From positions 18,484 to 82,483 of the forward strand of contig CALUJM010000009.1 of assembly GCA_944320975.1 (NCBI GenBank): a stretch of 64,000 nucleotides of DNA, in the 5' to 3' direction. Source of the DNA: an uncultured Atopobiaceae bacterium (lineage in GTDB: Bacteria > Actinomycetota > Coriobacteriia > Coriobacteriales > Atopobiaceae). Shown piece by piece: positions 17,756 to 26,993 of this stretch. Each line of letters starts with the position of its first letter. Position 1 is the stretch's first letter. Below the pieces are notes generated by a model, which saw only the letters and a program-made list of their open reading frames with translations, did not search any database and was not told the DNA's origin. Position numbers and translations under genes: made by a program.

Positions 17756-18895
17756 GTGGATACCAGCCTCTTCACCTACGACATCGTCGCCGAGGACCCG
17801 ACGACGCACGCGCGCGCCGGCGTCCTGCACACCCCGCACGGCGACGTTCCCACGCCCATCTTCATGCCGGTGGGGACCAAGGCCACGGTGAAGGGGATCC
17901 TTCCCTCGACGCTCGAGCAGCTCGGCACCAAGATCCTGCTCGCCAACACCTACCACCTCTCCATGCGTCCCGGGGCGGACCTCGTCGCCGAGATGGGCGG
18001 CCTGCACGACTTCATGGGCTGGCACGGCCCCATCCTCACGGACTCCGGCGGCTTCCAGGTCTTCTCGCACGAGGAGTTCTTCAAGCTCTCCCGCGACGGC
18101 GTGCGCTTCCGCGCCGTGGACTACGACGGCCGCTGGGTCACCTGGACGCCCGAGGAGAACATGGCCATCGCCCAGAAGCTCGGCGCCGACATCGTGATGC
18201 AGCTCGACCAGTGCGTGGGCTATCCGGCCCCTCGCTCTAAGGTCGAGCGCTCCGTCGAGCTCTCGAGCCTGTGGGCAGAGCGCTGCTATCGCGCCCATAC
18301 CCGACCCGACCAGGCGCTCTTTGGAATCGTGCAGGGCGGGATGCACCTCGACCTGCGCCTTCGCTCCCTGCGCCACCTCGAGGAGATCGGCGACTTCCCG
18401 GGCTACGGCATCGGAGGCTACTCGGTGGGGGAGGACCACGAGACCATGTTCGAGACGCTCGCCCCGCTGGCGAGCGAGCACATGCCGCGCAGCAAGCCCC
18501 GCTACCTCATGGGCGTGGGCAATCCCACCACGCTCGTGCGCGCTGTCGCCTGCGGCGTCGACATGTTCGACTGCGTGCTGCCCACGCGAACGGCGCGCAC
18601 CGGCTCCGCCTTCTCGAGCGAGGGCCGCCTCAACTTCCGCCATGCCCGCTTCGCCCACGACCACGGTCCGCTCGACCCGGCCTGCTCCTGCCCCACCTGC
18701 ACCGGCGGCTTCACGCGCGCCTACCTGCACCACCTTGTGCGCCAGAAGGAGATGCTCGGCTCGATCCTGATCTCGCAGCACAACATCTTCTACCTGCTCG
18801 ACCTCATGCGCCGCGCGCGCGAGGCCGTTGCAGCCGGCGCCTACGCGAGCTTCCTCGACGACTGGATGGCCTCGCCCGCCGCGCGGGACTGGTAG
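17756..18895 (+). CDS. tgt: Queuine tRNA-ribosyltransferase (tRNA-guanine transglycosylase)
   Basis: GTG 17756 follows GGAGG. The sequence VLHTPHGDVPTPIFMPVGT...LLANTYHL...TDSGGFQV...CSCPTC (zinc site) is canonical Tgt. Confidence 0.9.
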   Translation: MDTSLFTYDIVAEDPTTHARAGVLHTPHGDVPTPIFMPVGTKATVKGILPSTLEQLGTKILLANTYHLSMRPGADLVAEMGGLHDFMGWHGPILTDSGGFQVFSHEEFFKLSRDGVRFRAVDYDGRWVTWTPEENMAIAQKLGADIVMQLDQCVGYPAPRSKVERSVELSSLWAERCYRAHTRPDQALFGIVQGGMHLDLRLRSLRHLEEIGDFPGYGIGGYSVGEDHETMFETLAPLASEHMPRSKPRYLMGVGNPTTLVRAVACGVDMFDCVLPTRTARTGSAFSSEGRLNFRHARFAHDHGPLDPACSCPTCTGGFTRAYLHHLVRQKEMLGSILISQHNIFYLLDLMRRAREAVAAGAYASFLDDWMASPAARDW

Positions 18896-18938
18896 CGCCG
18901 GGCCGGCCCTGCGCTGCCGGCGGCGAGCCGGTCTTGCT

Positions 18939-19010
18939 CGCCGAGTAAGAGTTTCTTGCGAGAAGGACGTCAAATCCGAGGCGCTTCTCGCACATTTCTC
19001 TTACTCGGCG
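18939..19010. repeat. Family D MITE-like hairpin element, copy D2
   Basis: CGCCGAGTAAGAGTTTCTTGCGAGAAGG...GCTTCTCGCACATTTCTCTTACTCGGCG. It lies between tgt and recJ. Confidence 0.9.
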
Positions 19011-19184
19011 CGGGCGGTCGGCGGCTCGGCGCGTTGTCGGCGGCGAAACCGGGGCCCTTCTCGCATGGGGTATCATGGAGTCGATCAAATTCGGCGCCCG
19101 GCGCCCTCCGAGAAGAGGCTCATCATGAACATGACGCAGCGAGAAGAGCGCGCGGCTCGCGGCCGCGCGGGGAGTGAGCGCTAG

Positions 19185-22100
19185 ATGGCGGGGCTCTCCG
19201 ACAGTCGTCTCTGGTCGGTCCTGCCGCACGACCCGGTCGCCGAGAGGAGGCTCGCGGCAGAGCTCGGCCTGCCGCCCGTCGTGGCGCGCGTTCTGTCCGC
19301 CCGCGGCATCACGGATGTCCGGGAGGCGCGCGCCTTCCTCTCTCCGTCCCTCGAGCGCGACTGGGTCGACCCCCTGTGCATCCCGGGGATGGCCGATGCC
19401 GTCGAGCGCGTGGGTCGGGCCCTCGACGACCACGAGACCATCGCCGTCTTCGGCGACTTCGACGTCGACGGCATGAGCTCGACCTGCCTGCTCACGCTCG
19501 CCCTTCGACGCATGGGCGCCGAGGTCCACCCCTTCATCCCGCGGCGCTTCGGCGAGGGCTACGGCCTCTCCCGCGAGGCGCTCGCCCGCGTGCGCGAGAC
19601 CTGCGAGCCCGACCTCGTGGTGACCGTGGACAACGGCATCGCCGCGGCGCGCGAGGTGGCGTGGCTCAAGGAGCAGGGGGTCGATGTGGTGGTGACCGAC
19701 CACCACGAGCCTGCCGACCTCGTGCCCGTGGGCGTGCCCGTGACCGACCCCAAGCTCGCTCGCGACTGCCCGTCGCGCGAGCTGGCGGGCGTGGGCGTGG
19801 CCCTCAAGCTCGTGTGCGAGCTCGGCGGGCGGCGGGGGATGCCGGAGCTCTGGCGCGAGTTCCTCGACGTCGCCGCGCTCGGGACGCTTTCCGACATGAT
19901 GCAGCTCACGGGCGAGAACCGCGCGCTGGTCGCGGAGGGTATCTCCTTGATGCGGCGCTCGGCGCGCCCCGGCCTGGTGGCGCTCGCCGCGACGGCGGGG
20001 CTCGACCTCTCCCAGGCGAGCGCCGACTCCCTGCCCTTCTCGATCATCCCGCGGCTCAACGCCGCCGGTCGCATGGACTCCACCGACGTGGGCCTTGAGC
20101 TGCTCCTCACCGACGACGTCTCGGATGCCACGATCCTTGCCGGTCGCCTCGAGGCGATCAACGCCGAGCGGAAGGAGACCGAGGCCGCCCTGGCCGAGGC
20201 CGCCCTCGCCGAGGCGGAGCGCACCTATCGCGGGGAACGCGCCGTCGTCGTCGGCGGACGGGGCTGGCACGAGGGCGTCAAGGGCATCGTGGCATCCCGC
20301 CTGGTGAGCCGCTACCACGTCCCTTCCATCGTCTTCACCATCGCCGAGGACGGCGTCGCCCGCGGGTCGGGCCGCTCCGTCGGCTCCGTCGACCTCTTCC
20401 ACGCCGTCGAGCAGTGCTCGGACGTACTGGTGCGCTTCGGTGGCCACGCCGGCGCCGTGGGCGTCACCTGCGAGGCTTCGCGCATCGACGAGTTCCGCGA
20501 GCGTCTCGGCGGGGTGCTCGACGCGCTGCCCGCCGAGCAGTTCGACGACGTCGGCGAGGTGACGGCCGTCTGCGCGCTGGGGGAGCTCACCGTGGAGTCG
20601 CTCGACGCGCTCGAGATGCTCCAGCCCTTCGGGCAGGGCAACAAGAAGCCCCTGCTCGCAGCCTGCGGCGTGAGCATGCGCAACCGCGCCCTCGTGGGCG
20701 CCGACGGGTCGCACCTGCGCTTCGTCGCGACCGACGGCGCGAGCTCGGTCTCGGCCATCATGTTCCGCGTCCCGGACCCCGCCCGCGCGGCATCGTGGGA
20801 CGGCGTGTGCGACCTCGTGTTCGAGGCTGTCAACGAGACCTGGCAGGGTAGGACCAAGCCCAAGCTCATGGTGAAGGACATCCTCCTGCGCGACGGCGCG
20901 GGGGAAGGGGGCGGCGCCCGGCCGGGCCCCGAGGCGCCGGGAGCGCCCTCGGGCGACGAGGCGCCCGCACGCGGCTCGCGCGACGAGCTCTCCCGCCTCG
21001 ACGCGCCCGCTCTCGACGCGGCGCTGCTGCGCCTGCTCATCGGCGACGGCAGCCTGCTTCCCGCGCAGGCCGCCGCGCTCGACCTGCTGTCCCGCGGGCG
21101 CTCGTGCCTCGCCGTCATGGCGACGGGCCGGGGCAAGTCGCTCGTCTTCCACCTCCACGCCGCCCGCGAGGCCATCGCGCGCGGGCGAGCCAGCGTCTTC
21201 GTCTACCCGCTGAGGGCCCTTGTCGCCGACCAGGCGTTCCACCTGCGCGAGACGCTCTCCCGGGCGGGGCTGGGCGTCGAGGTCCTCACCGGCGAGACGT
21301 CGAGCGCCGAGCGCGACCGCATCTTCGCCGGCCTCGCCTCGGGGTCGGTCGACGTCGTCCTCACCACGCCCGAGTTCCTCGCCATCCACCGTGTGCGTTT
21401 CGCGGAGTCCGGCAGGATCGGCTTCCTCGTGGTCGACGAGGCCCATCACGCCGGGCTCGCCGCACCCGGCGCGCGCGACGCCTACCTCGAGCTACCGTCG
21501 ATTCTCGCCGACTTGGGTCGCCCCGTCGCCCTGGCCGTCACCGCGACGGCCGCCCCGGAGGTCGCCCACTCGATCTGCGGGCTGCTCTCCATCGACGAGG
21601 GCGACGTCGTCGTGGACGAGTCCGTGCGCGGCAACCTCGTCCTCGACGACCTTCGTTCATCCGGGGACCGGGACGCGGCCCTCGCATCGATCGTCGCGCG
21701 CGGCGAGAAGTGCGTGGTCTACGTGCCCTCCCGCGACCGAGCGGTCTCGCTCGTGCGCATGCTGCGCCATCGCGTGCCCGAGCTCGCCGCCCGCGTCTCG
21801 TACTATCACGCCGGGCTCTCCCGTGAGACGCGCCTCAGGGTCGAGCGCGCCTTCCGCGGGGACGAGCTCTCCTGCATCGTCTCCACGAGTGCCTTCGGCG
21901 AGGGTGTCAACCTCCCGGGCATCCGCCACGTGGTGCTCTACGGCCTACCGCTCGGCCAGGTCGAGTTCAACCAGATGAGCGGCAGGGCGGGCCGCGACGG
22001 GGCGCCGGCCACCGTTCACCTGCTCTTCGGTTCCGAGGACGTCCGCTCAGGCGAGGTCATCCTCGGATCTGCCGCCCCCGCCCGAGACGACCTCGTCTGC

Positions 22101-22490
22101 CTCTACCGCACCCTCGGCGCGCTCTTCCGCTCCGGCGGCCCGATCTCGCTCGACGACGAGGCCATCGCCGCCGCGTCCCGCGAGCGCGACCCGCTGACCG
22201 CACTCGACGCCCGGGAGGTGTCCTGCGGCCTCTCGATCTTCTCGGAGCTCGGATTCTGCGCGGTGACGGGCTGGGGAGAGGGGAGGCGCGTCCGCATGGC
22301 GAGCGCCCCCGCCCGCATGGAGCTCACCCAGTCGGCCTGCTATCTGGAGGGGCTGAGGCTCCAGCGCGCGTTCGCGGAGTTCTGCCGCTGGGCGCTCGAC
22401 GCGCCGCCGGACGTTCTTCTCGCCCGCGTGAACCGCCCCATCACGCCCAACTTCGGTATCATCGTCTCGGAGGGGAGTGAGGGGCTATGA
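19185..22490 (+). CDS. recJ: Fusion protein: RecJ-type ssDNA exonuclease (DHH/DHHA1) + C-terminal RecQ-like SF2 helicase
   Basis: Residues ~1-560 are RecJ-like (AVFGDFDVDGMSS, VVTVDNGI, VVVTDHH, GGHAGAVG). Residues ~600-1101 carry helicase motifs I (MATGRGKS), II (VVDEAHH), III (TATA) and VI (QMSGRAGRDG). Confidence 0.85.
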   Translation: MAGLSDSRLWSVLPHDPVAERRLAAELGLPPVVARVLSARGITDVREARAFLSPSLERDWVDPLCIPGMADAVERVGRALDDHETIAVFGDFDVDGMSSTCLLTLALRRMGAEVHPFIPRRFGEGYGLSREALARVRETCEPDLVVTVDNGIAAAREVAWLKEQGVDVVVTDHHEPADLVPVGVPVTDPKLARDCPSRELAGVGVALKLVCELGGRRGMPELWREFLDVAALGTLSDMMQLTGENRALVAEGISLMRRSARPGLVALAATAGLDLSQASADSLPFSIIPRLNAAGRMDSTDVGLELLLTDDVSDATILAGRLEAINAERKETEAALAEAALAEAERTYRGERAVVVGGRGWHEGVKGIVASRLVSRYHVPSIVFTIAEDGVARGSGRSVGSVDLFHAVEQCSDVLVRFGGHAGAVGVTCEASRIDEFRERLGGVLDALPAEQFDDVGEVTAVCALGELTVESLDALEMLQPFGQGNKKPLLAACGVSMRNRALVGADGSHLRFVATDGASSVSAIMFRVPDPARAASWDGVCDLVFEAVNETWQGRTKPKLMVKDILLRDGAGEGGGARPGPEAPGAPSGDEAPARGSRDELSRLDAPALDAALLRLLIGDGSLLPAQAAALDLLSRGRSCLAVMATGRGKSLVFHLHAAREAIARGRASVFVYPLRALVADQAFHLRETLSRAGLGVEVLTGETSSAERDRIFAGLASGSVDVVLTTPEFLAIHRVRFAESGRIGFLVVDEAHHAGLAAPGARDAYLELPSILADLGRPVALAVTATAAPEVAHSICGLLSIDEGDVVVDESVRGNLVLDDLRSSGDRDAALASIVARGEKCVVYVPSRDRAVSLVRMLRHRVPELAARVSYYHAGLSRETRLRVERAFRGDELSCIVSTSAFGEGVNLPGIRHVVLYGLPLGQVEFNQMSGRAGRDGAPATVHLLFGSEDVRSGEVILGSAAPARDDLVCLYRTLGALFRSGGPISLDDEAIAAASRERDPLTALDAREVSCGLSIFSELGFCAVTGWGEGRRVRMASAPARMELTQSACYLEGLRLQRAFAEFCRWALDAPPDVLLARVNRPITPNFGIIVSEGSEGL

Positions 22491-24883
22491 GCGACAACGT
22501 GACCAAGCACGAGAAGGCTGCGGAGGCTGCACCGACGCAGACGGCTCCCGTCGCGCCGGCCAAGCCCAAGAAGAGCGTGCCCGGCGCCGCGAACTACCGC
22601 CTGCTTCAGGCGGCCTGCGAGGCGTATCTGGACGAGGAGGGGTGCGAGAAGGTCGAGCGCGCGTACCGCTTTGCCGCGGACTACCACCGCGACCAGCGCC
22701 GTCGCTCCGGAGAGCCCTACATCAACCATCCCGTCGAGGTGGCCCTCATCCTGGCGCACGACCTGCGCATGGACGAGGACACCATCTGCGCCGCCCTTCT
22801 GCATGATACGGTCGAGGACACGCCCGCCACGCTCGGCGAGCTCACGGACCTCTTTGGCGAGACGGTGACCGACCTCGTGGACGGCGTGACCAAGCTCACC
22901 TCCATCCAGGTCTCCTCCATGGACGCCAAGCAGGCGTGGAACCTGCGCAAGATGTTCCTCGCCATGAGCCGCGACATCCGCGTGGTCATCATCAAGCTGG
23001 CCGACCGCCTGCACAACATGCGCACGCTCGCGGCGCTGCCGCCCGACCGGCGCCAGTTCAAGGCGCGCGAGACCATGGACGTGTACGCCCCGCTCGCCGA
23101 CCGCCTGGGCATCTCGTCGGTCAAGTGGGAGCTCGAGGACCTCGCCTTCTTCTGGCTCGAGCCCGAGGAGTACCAGCGGGTCGCCCGCATGGTCCAGGAC
23201 TCCCGCGCGCAGCGCGAGGACGACACCGAGGCGGCCATCAAGACGCTCGACGACGAGCTCAAGGCGGCAGGGCTCAAGAACTACCAGATCACCGGGCGTC
23301 CCAAGCACCTCTGGAGCATCTACCAGAAGATGACGCGCAAGGGCCGCGAGTTCTCCGACATCTACGACCTCATCGCCCTGCGCGTGATCACCCAGACGGT
23401 GGGGGACTGCTACTCGGCGCTCGGCGCCGTGCACTCGCTGTGGAACCCCATGCCCGGGCGCTTCAAGGACTACATCGCCACGCCCAAGGCAAACCTCTAC
23501 CAGAGCCTGCACACGACGGTCGTGGGCCCCGACGGCAAGCCCATCGAGATCCAGATCCGCACCGCGGAGATGCACGAGGCCTCCGAGTACGGCATCGCCG
23601 CGCACTGGCTCTACAAGAAGGAGGGCAACTCCCGCGGCCGCATGAGCGCCGAGGACCGCGCCATCGACTCCACGATCAACTGGATCCGCAAGACGCTTGA
23701 CTGGGCCACCGAGGACGACATCGACGACCCGCACGAGTTCCTCGACAACCTGCGCGTGGACCTCTTCGAGCACGAGATCTTCGTCTTCACGCCCAAGGGC
23801 GAGGTAATGAGCCTGAGGCGAGATGCGACGCCGCTCGACTTCGCCTACGCGGTCCACACCGAGGTGGGCAACCACTGCGTCGGGGCAAAGGTCAACGGCG
23901 CCGTGGTGCCGCTGTCCTACACGCTTAGCATGGGTGACCGCGTGGAGATCCTCACCAACAAGAACGCCAAGCCCAGCCGCGACTGGATGAGCCTGGTCGT
24001 GATGCCGTCCACGCGCGCCAAGATCCGCAAGTTCTTCTCGACCCAGAACCGCAACGACGACGCCGAGGCGGGTCGAACCGAGCTGGCCCACGAGCTGCGC
24101 AAGCGCGGCTACGGCATCTCGACCAAGCGCACGGTCAAGGCGATCGCGCGCGTGTGCGAGTCCTTCGAGCTGCGCTCGCCGGACGACCTGTTCGCGGGCG
24201 TCCACACCGGCAAGGTCTCGCTCAAGCAGGCCGCCAACCGCATCGAGGAGATCCTCGAGGAGGGCTCGCCCGAGCAGCTCGCGGCGGCCGCCGCCGAGGC
24301 GGAGCGCCGCGCCGAGCACGAGCGCGCCATGGCGTCGGGCACGCCGGTCATGAAGTCCTACGCGCTCACGCAGGCCGCGCGCGGCAAGCGCAAGCGCAGC
24401 AACTGCGGCGTGGTGGTCAAGGGCGACCCCGACCTTCTCGTCCACCTCGCGCACTGCTGCAACCCCGTCGCCGGCGACGAGATCGTGGGCTTTATCACCC
24501 GCGGCAGGGGCGTCTCGGTGCACCGCGCCAACTGCCCCAACGTCACCGACCTGATGCGCAACCCCGACCGCATGATCGAGGTCGCCTGGGACACCTCGGG
24601 CGCCACGGAGTTTCGCGTGGAGATCGTCGTCGAGGCCACCGACCGCATGGGCCTGCTCAAGGACATCACCGTGGCCATCGGCGACGCCGGCGCCAACATC
24701 CTCTCGGCCGCCACGCAGACGAGCGCCCAGGGCGTCGCGCGCCTGCGCTTCCTCGTGGCGATCTCCGACGCGAGCCTGCTCGACGTCCTGCTCTCCGCCG
24801 TGAGCCGCGTGCCCTCGGTCTACGACGCGCGCCGCATCATGCCCGGCGAGGGAGCGAACCAGATGAAGCAGCGCGTGCGATGA
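22487..24883 (+). CDS. rel: Bifunctional (p)ppGpp synthetase/hydrolase, RelA/SpoT family
   Basis: 798 aa with an HD domain (HPVEVALIL...LLHDTVEDT), a synthetase domain (GRPKHLWSIYQKM...DLIALRVI), TGS (FVFTPKGEV) and a C-terminal ACT-like domain. Confidence 0.9.
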   Translation: MSDNVTKHEKAAEAAPTQTAPVAPAKPKKSVPGAANYRLLQAACEAYLDEEGCEKVERAYRFAADYHRDQRRRSGEPYINHPVEVALILAHDLRMDEDTICAALLHDTVEDTPATLGELTDLFGETVTDLVDGVTKLTSIQVSSMDAKQAWNLRKMFLAMSRDIRVVIIKLADRLHNMRTLAALPPDRRQFKARETMDVYAPLADRLGISSVKWELEDLAFFWLEPEEYQRVARMVQDSRAQREDDTEAAIKTLDDELKAAGLKNYQITGRPKHLWSIYQKMTRKGREFSDIYDLIALRVITQTVGDCYSALGAVHSLWNPMPGRFKDYIATPKANLYQSLHTTVVGPDGKPIEIQIRTAEMHEASEYGIAAHWLYKKEGNSRGRMSAEDRAIDSTINWIRKTLDWATEDDIDDPHEFLDNLRVDLFEHEIFVFTPKGEVMSLRRDATPLDFAYAVHTEVGNHCVGAKVNGAVVPLSYTLSMGDRVEILTNKNAKPSRDWMSLVVMPSTRAKIRKFFSTQNRNDDAEAGRTELAHELRKRGYGISTKRTVKAIARVCESFELRSPDDLFAGVHTGKVSLKQAANRIEEILEEGSPEQLAAAAAEAERRAEHERAMASGTPVMKSYALTQAARGKRKRSNCGVVVKGDPDLLVHLAHCCNPVAGDEIVGFITRGRGVSVHRANCPNVTDLMRNPDRMIEVAWDTSGATEFRVEIVVEATDRMGLLKDITVAIGDAGANILSAATQTSAQGVARLRFLVAISDASLLDVLLSAVSRVPSVYDARRIMPGEGANQMKQRVR

Positions 24884-24924
24884 CGTGATGTTTGGGGCGG
24901 CGCGACCCGTGCGGGCGCATCGTC

Positions 24925-25027
24925 CCAAACGTCACAGGTAGTGGTTACTACCACATCTTGCGCGTTAAACGATTGGTCTATTGGGTTGTTTTTTTTTTGA
25001 GTTCACACTACCTGTGACGTTTCTGGG
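24925..25027. repeat. Family E AT-rich MITE-like element, copy E2
   Basis: Terminal inverted repeats CCAAACGTCACAGGTAGTG / CACTACCTGTGACGTTT, and an interior with a T10 run. A solo right-end-like fragment (GTGATGTTTGGGG) lies at 24886-97, just after the rel stop. Confidence 0.9.
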
Positions 25028-25029
25028 CG

Positions 25030-25677
25030 ATGGGAGGCCTCATGGCCGAGAAGAGAGACGAGCTGCGGCGGTTCACGGTGACGCCGCTCCAGACCAACTG
25101 CTACGCCTATGTGAGCGCGGGGGAGTGCCTGGTGGTGGACCCGGGCGGCTCGGGCGCCGCGGTGGCGGAGCACCTTTCTGATGTGCGCGTGACCTGCGTC
25201 GCGGCGACGCACGGCCATGGCGACCACGTCGGCGGCGTCGCGGCGCTCTGCCGCGCGACCGGTGCCCCCTTTGCGATCCATGCTGCCGACGCCGAGCTCG
25301 CGCGCCACGCGGGCGAGATGAGCGAGGTGGGCCGCAGCTACGACGAGAACGCCCCGGCGGCGGACCGCCTGCTCGCAGAGGGCGATGTCATCGAGGTGGG
25401 CACGGCCACCTTCACCGTGATGGAGACGCCGGGCCACACGCCCGGTGGCATCGTGCTCGTGGGCGGGGGCAGCGCTGAGGGCCTTGCCTTCGTGGGCGAC
25501 ACGCTCTTTCCCGGAAGCCACGGTCGCACGGACCTCACCGGCGGCGACGAGCGCGCCATCCTGAACTCGCTTCGCCGCATGGCGGCGGAGATCGCGCCCG
25601 AGACGATGCTGCTGTGCGGCCACGGCCCTGCCACGTCTATGGCCGTCGAGCTCGCAAGAAACCCGTTCCTGAGGTAG
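25030..25677 (+). CDS. MBL-fold metallo-hydrolase (glyoxalase II-like)
   Basis: HxHxDH motif (ATHGHGDHVGG), plus TPGHTPGG and GDTLF...GRTDL. The start could alternatively be ATG 25042. Confidence 0.8.
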   Translation: MGGLMAEKRDELRRFTVTPLQTNCYAYVSAGECLVVDPGGSGAAVAEHLSDVRVTCVAATHGHGDHVGGVAALCRATGAPFAIHAADAELARHAGEMSEVGRSYDENAPAADRLLAEGDVIEVGTATFTVMETPGHTPGGIVLVGGGSAEGLAFVGDTLFPGSHGRTDLTGGDERAILNSLRRMAAEIAPETMLLCGHGPATSMAVELARNPFLR

Positions 25678-25797
25678 GCGGTCTGGGGCGCGCGTCCTTC
25701 TCGTCAGGGGCGCCGCACTTCTCCTTATCTGCCAAGAGAGCGCCCGCACTCGATGAGCGGGCGTCGAATCTCGCTTGGATTGAGGGGGGGAAGGAGC

Positions 25798-25882
25798 TGG
25801 TGCCCGAGGCGGGGCTCGAACCCGCACGAGTTGCCTCAACGGTTTTTGAGACCGTCGCGTCTGCCAATTCCGCCACTCGGGC
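25798..25882 (-). tRNA. tRNA-Leu (anticodon CAA), CCA encoded
   Basis: The reverse complement is GCCCGAGTGGCGGAATTGGCAGACGCGACGGTCTCAAAAACCGTTGAGGCAACTCGTGCGGGTTCGAGCCCCGCCTCGGGCACCA. It has a 7-bp acceptor stem, anticodon loop CTCAAAA, a long variable arm and a GGTTCGAGC T-loop. Confidence 0.95.
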
Positions 25883-25921
25883 CCTTCCGTCACGCGTCCA
25901 CGCGCGACGCGGCGAGAAGAA

Positions 25922-26452
25922 CTATACCAGACCGTCGTCCTTCCCGTTCTCGTCTTGCCCGAGCGTCTCGAGGTACGCGATGGCGTCAGCTAGGCCGAGC
26001 GCCGCGACGGGGGCATGCTTGAGCAGCTGCTCGTCGCTGGTCACAAGAAGGTCGGCGTGAGAGCGCTCGGCCGCTGCGAGCACGAGGTTGTCCTCGTAGT
26101 CCGCGTGAAGGCGCTTTCTCTTGCAGGCAATCCACACGTCCGAGACGTCGCAGCCCACCGCCGTGGCAATCTGCGTCATGTTGTCCAGGCATCCCCAGGC
26201 CATCTCAGTTGCAGCGGCAGCCTGCTCGTGAGTGAGCCTGCCGCCGCACCGCCTTCTCGTCCATGCCTTGAAGTCAGACGAGATGAGATAGAAAAGGTCC
26301 TTTGAGGTCGGGATGGCGTAGAGGAGGTCTGCCCCAGCTTGCGCCGCGAGTTCTACGAGGCCGACGGCGTCGGCATGCCCCTCACGCGCGCTCGAGTAGT
26401 AGTCAACCCAGATGTTGGTGTCGAGAAGAACCTTGAGGGTGCCCGCGCTCAT
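25922..26452 (-). CDS. PIN-domain ribonuclease toxin (VapC-like)
   Basis: N-terminal VLLDTNIWVDY, conserved acidic residues, and a C-terminal LLVTSDEQLL motif. It lies 1 nt downstream of an antitoxin-like gene. Confidence 0.75.
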   Translation of the reverse strand: MSAGTLKVLLDTNIWVDYYSSAREGHADAVGLVELAAQAGADLLYAIPTSKDLFYLISSDFKAWTRRRCGGRLTHEQAAAATEMAWGCLDNMTQIATAVGCDVSDVWIACKRKRLHADYEDNLVLAAAERSHADLLVTSDEQLLKHAPVAALGLADAIAYLETLGQDENGKDDGLV

Positions 26453-26453
26453 G

Positions 26454-26840
26454 TCAGCGCCCCCAATCGAAGTCGGGGAACTGCTCGCGGTAGGCGAGCT
26501 GCCTTAGCTCCTCATAGGAGATGTCGAGGTGCTCGTGCGGGGCCGGTGGCGTGACTCCCTGCGCCAGAAGGGCCTTGTTCATGATGCCCGCCCCCTCCCG
26601 AACAAGCTGGAGGCGGCGCCTTGTCCTGTCATCAAGCGCGCGCTCCCTCTCTGCGTGCTCTTCGGGGAAAAGGGTCTCGTGCAGCTTTTCGGGCTTGTCG
26701 GCCAGGCGTGACGCAAGGCTCCAGAGCGCGCGAACCGCTTGCGTGGGAGTAAGCCCCGCAGCTGCCATCGCCGCGTCCCCGGAGCGTTTGAGCTCCGCGT
26801 CTATGCGCGCGTTGACCTGTGAGGTAATGGCAGTCGACAT
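26454..26840 (-). CDS. Type II antitoxin, RelB/DinJ-like N-terminus
   Basis: 128 aa. The N-terminus (ITSQVNARIDAELKRSGDAAMAAAGLTPTQAVRALW) resembles a RelB/DinJ ribbon-helix-helix. Its stop abuts the PIN gene start. Confidence 0.65.
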   Translation of the reverse strand: MSTAITSQVNARIDAELKRSGDAAMAAAGLTPTQAVRALWSLASRLADKPEKLHETLFPEEHAERERALDDRTRRRLQLVREGAGIMNKALLAQGVTPPAPHEHLDISYEELRQLAYREQFPDFDWGR

Positions 26841-26993
26841 AGTGTTCCTCCTTTGATTGAGTTTACCCCACGCAGGTGAAGACGTAAAGCACGTAAAGCA
26901 GCTTAGATTCGGGCGGTTGAACGGAGTGTATTACTGTCCCGCCGACGGGGTATGATGGGCATGGAACGACAAGCCTCAGAGAAAGGAACTGCC

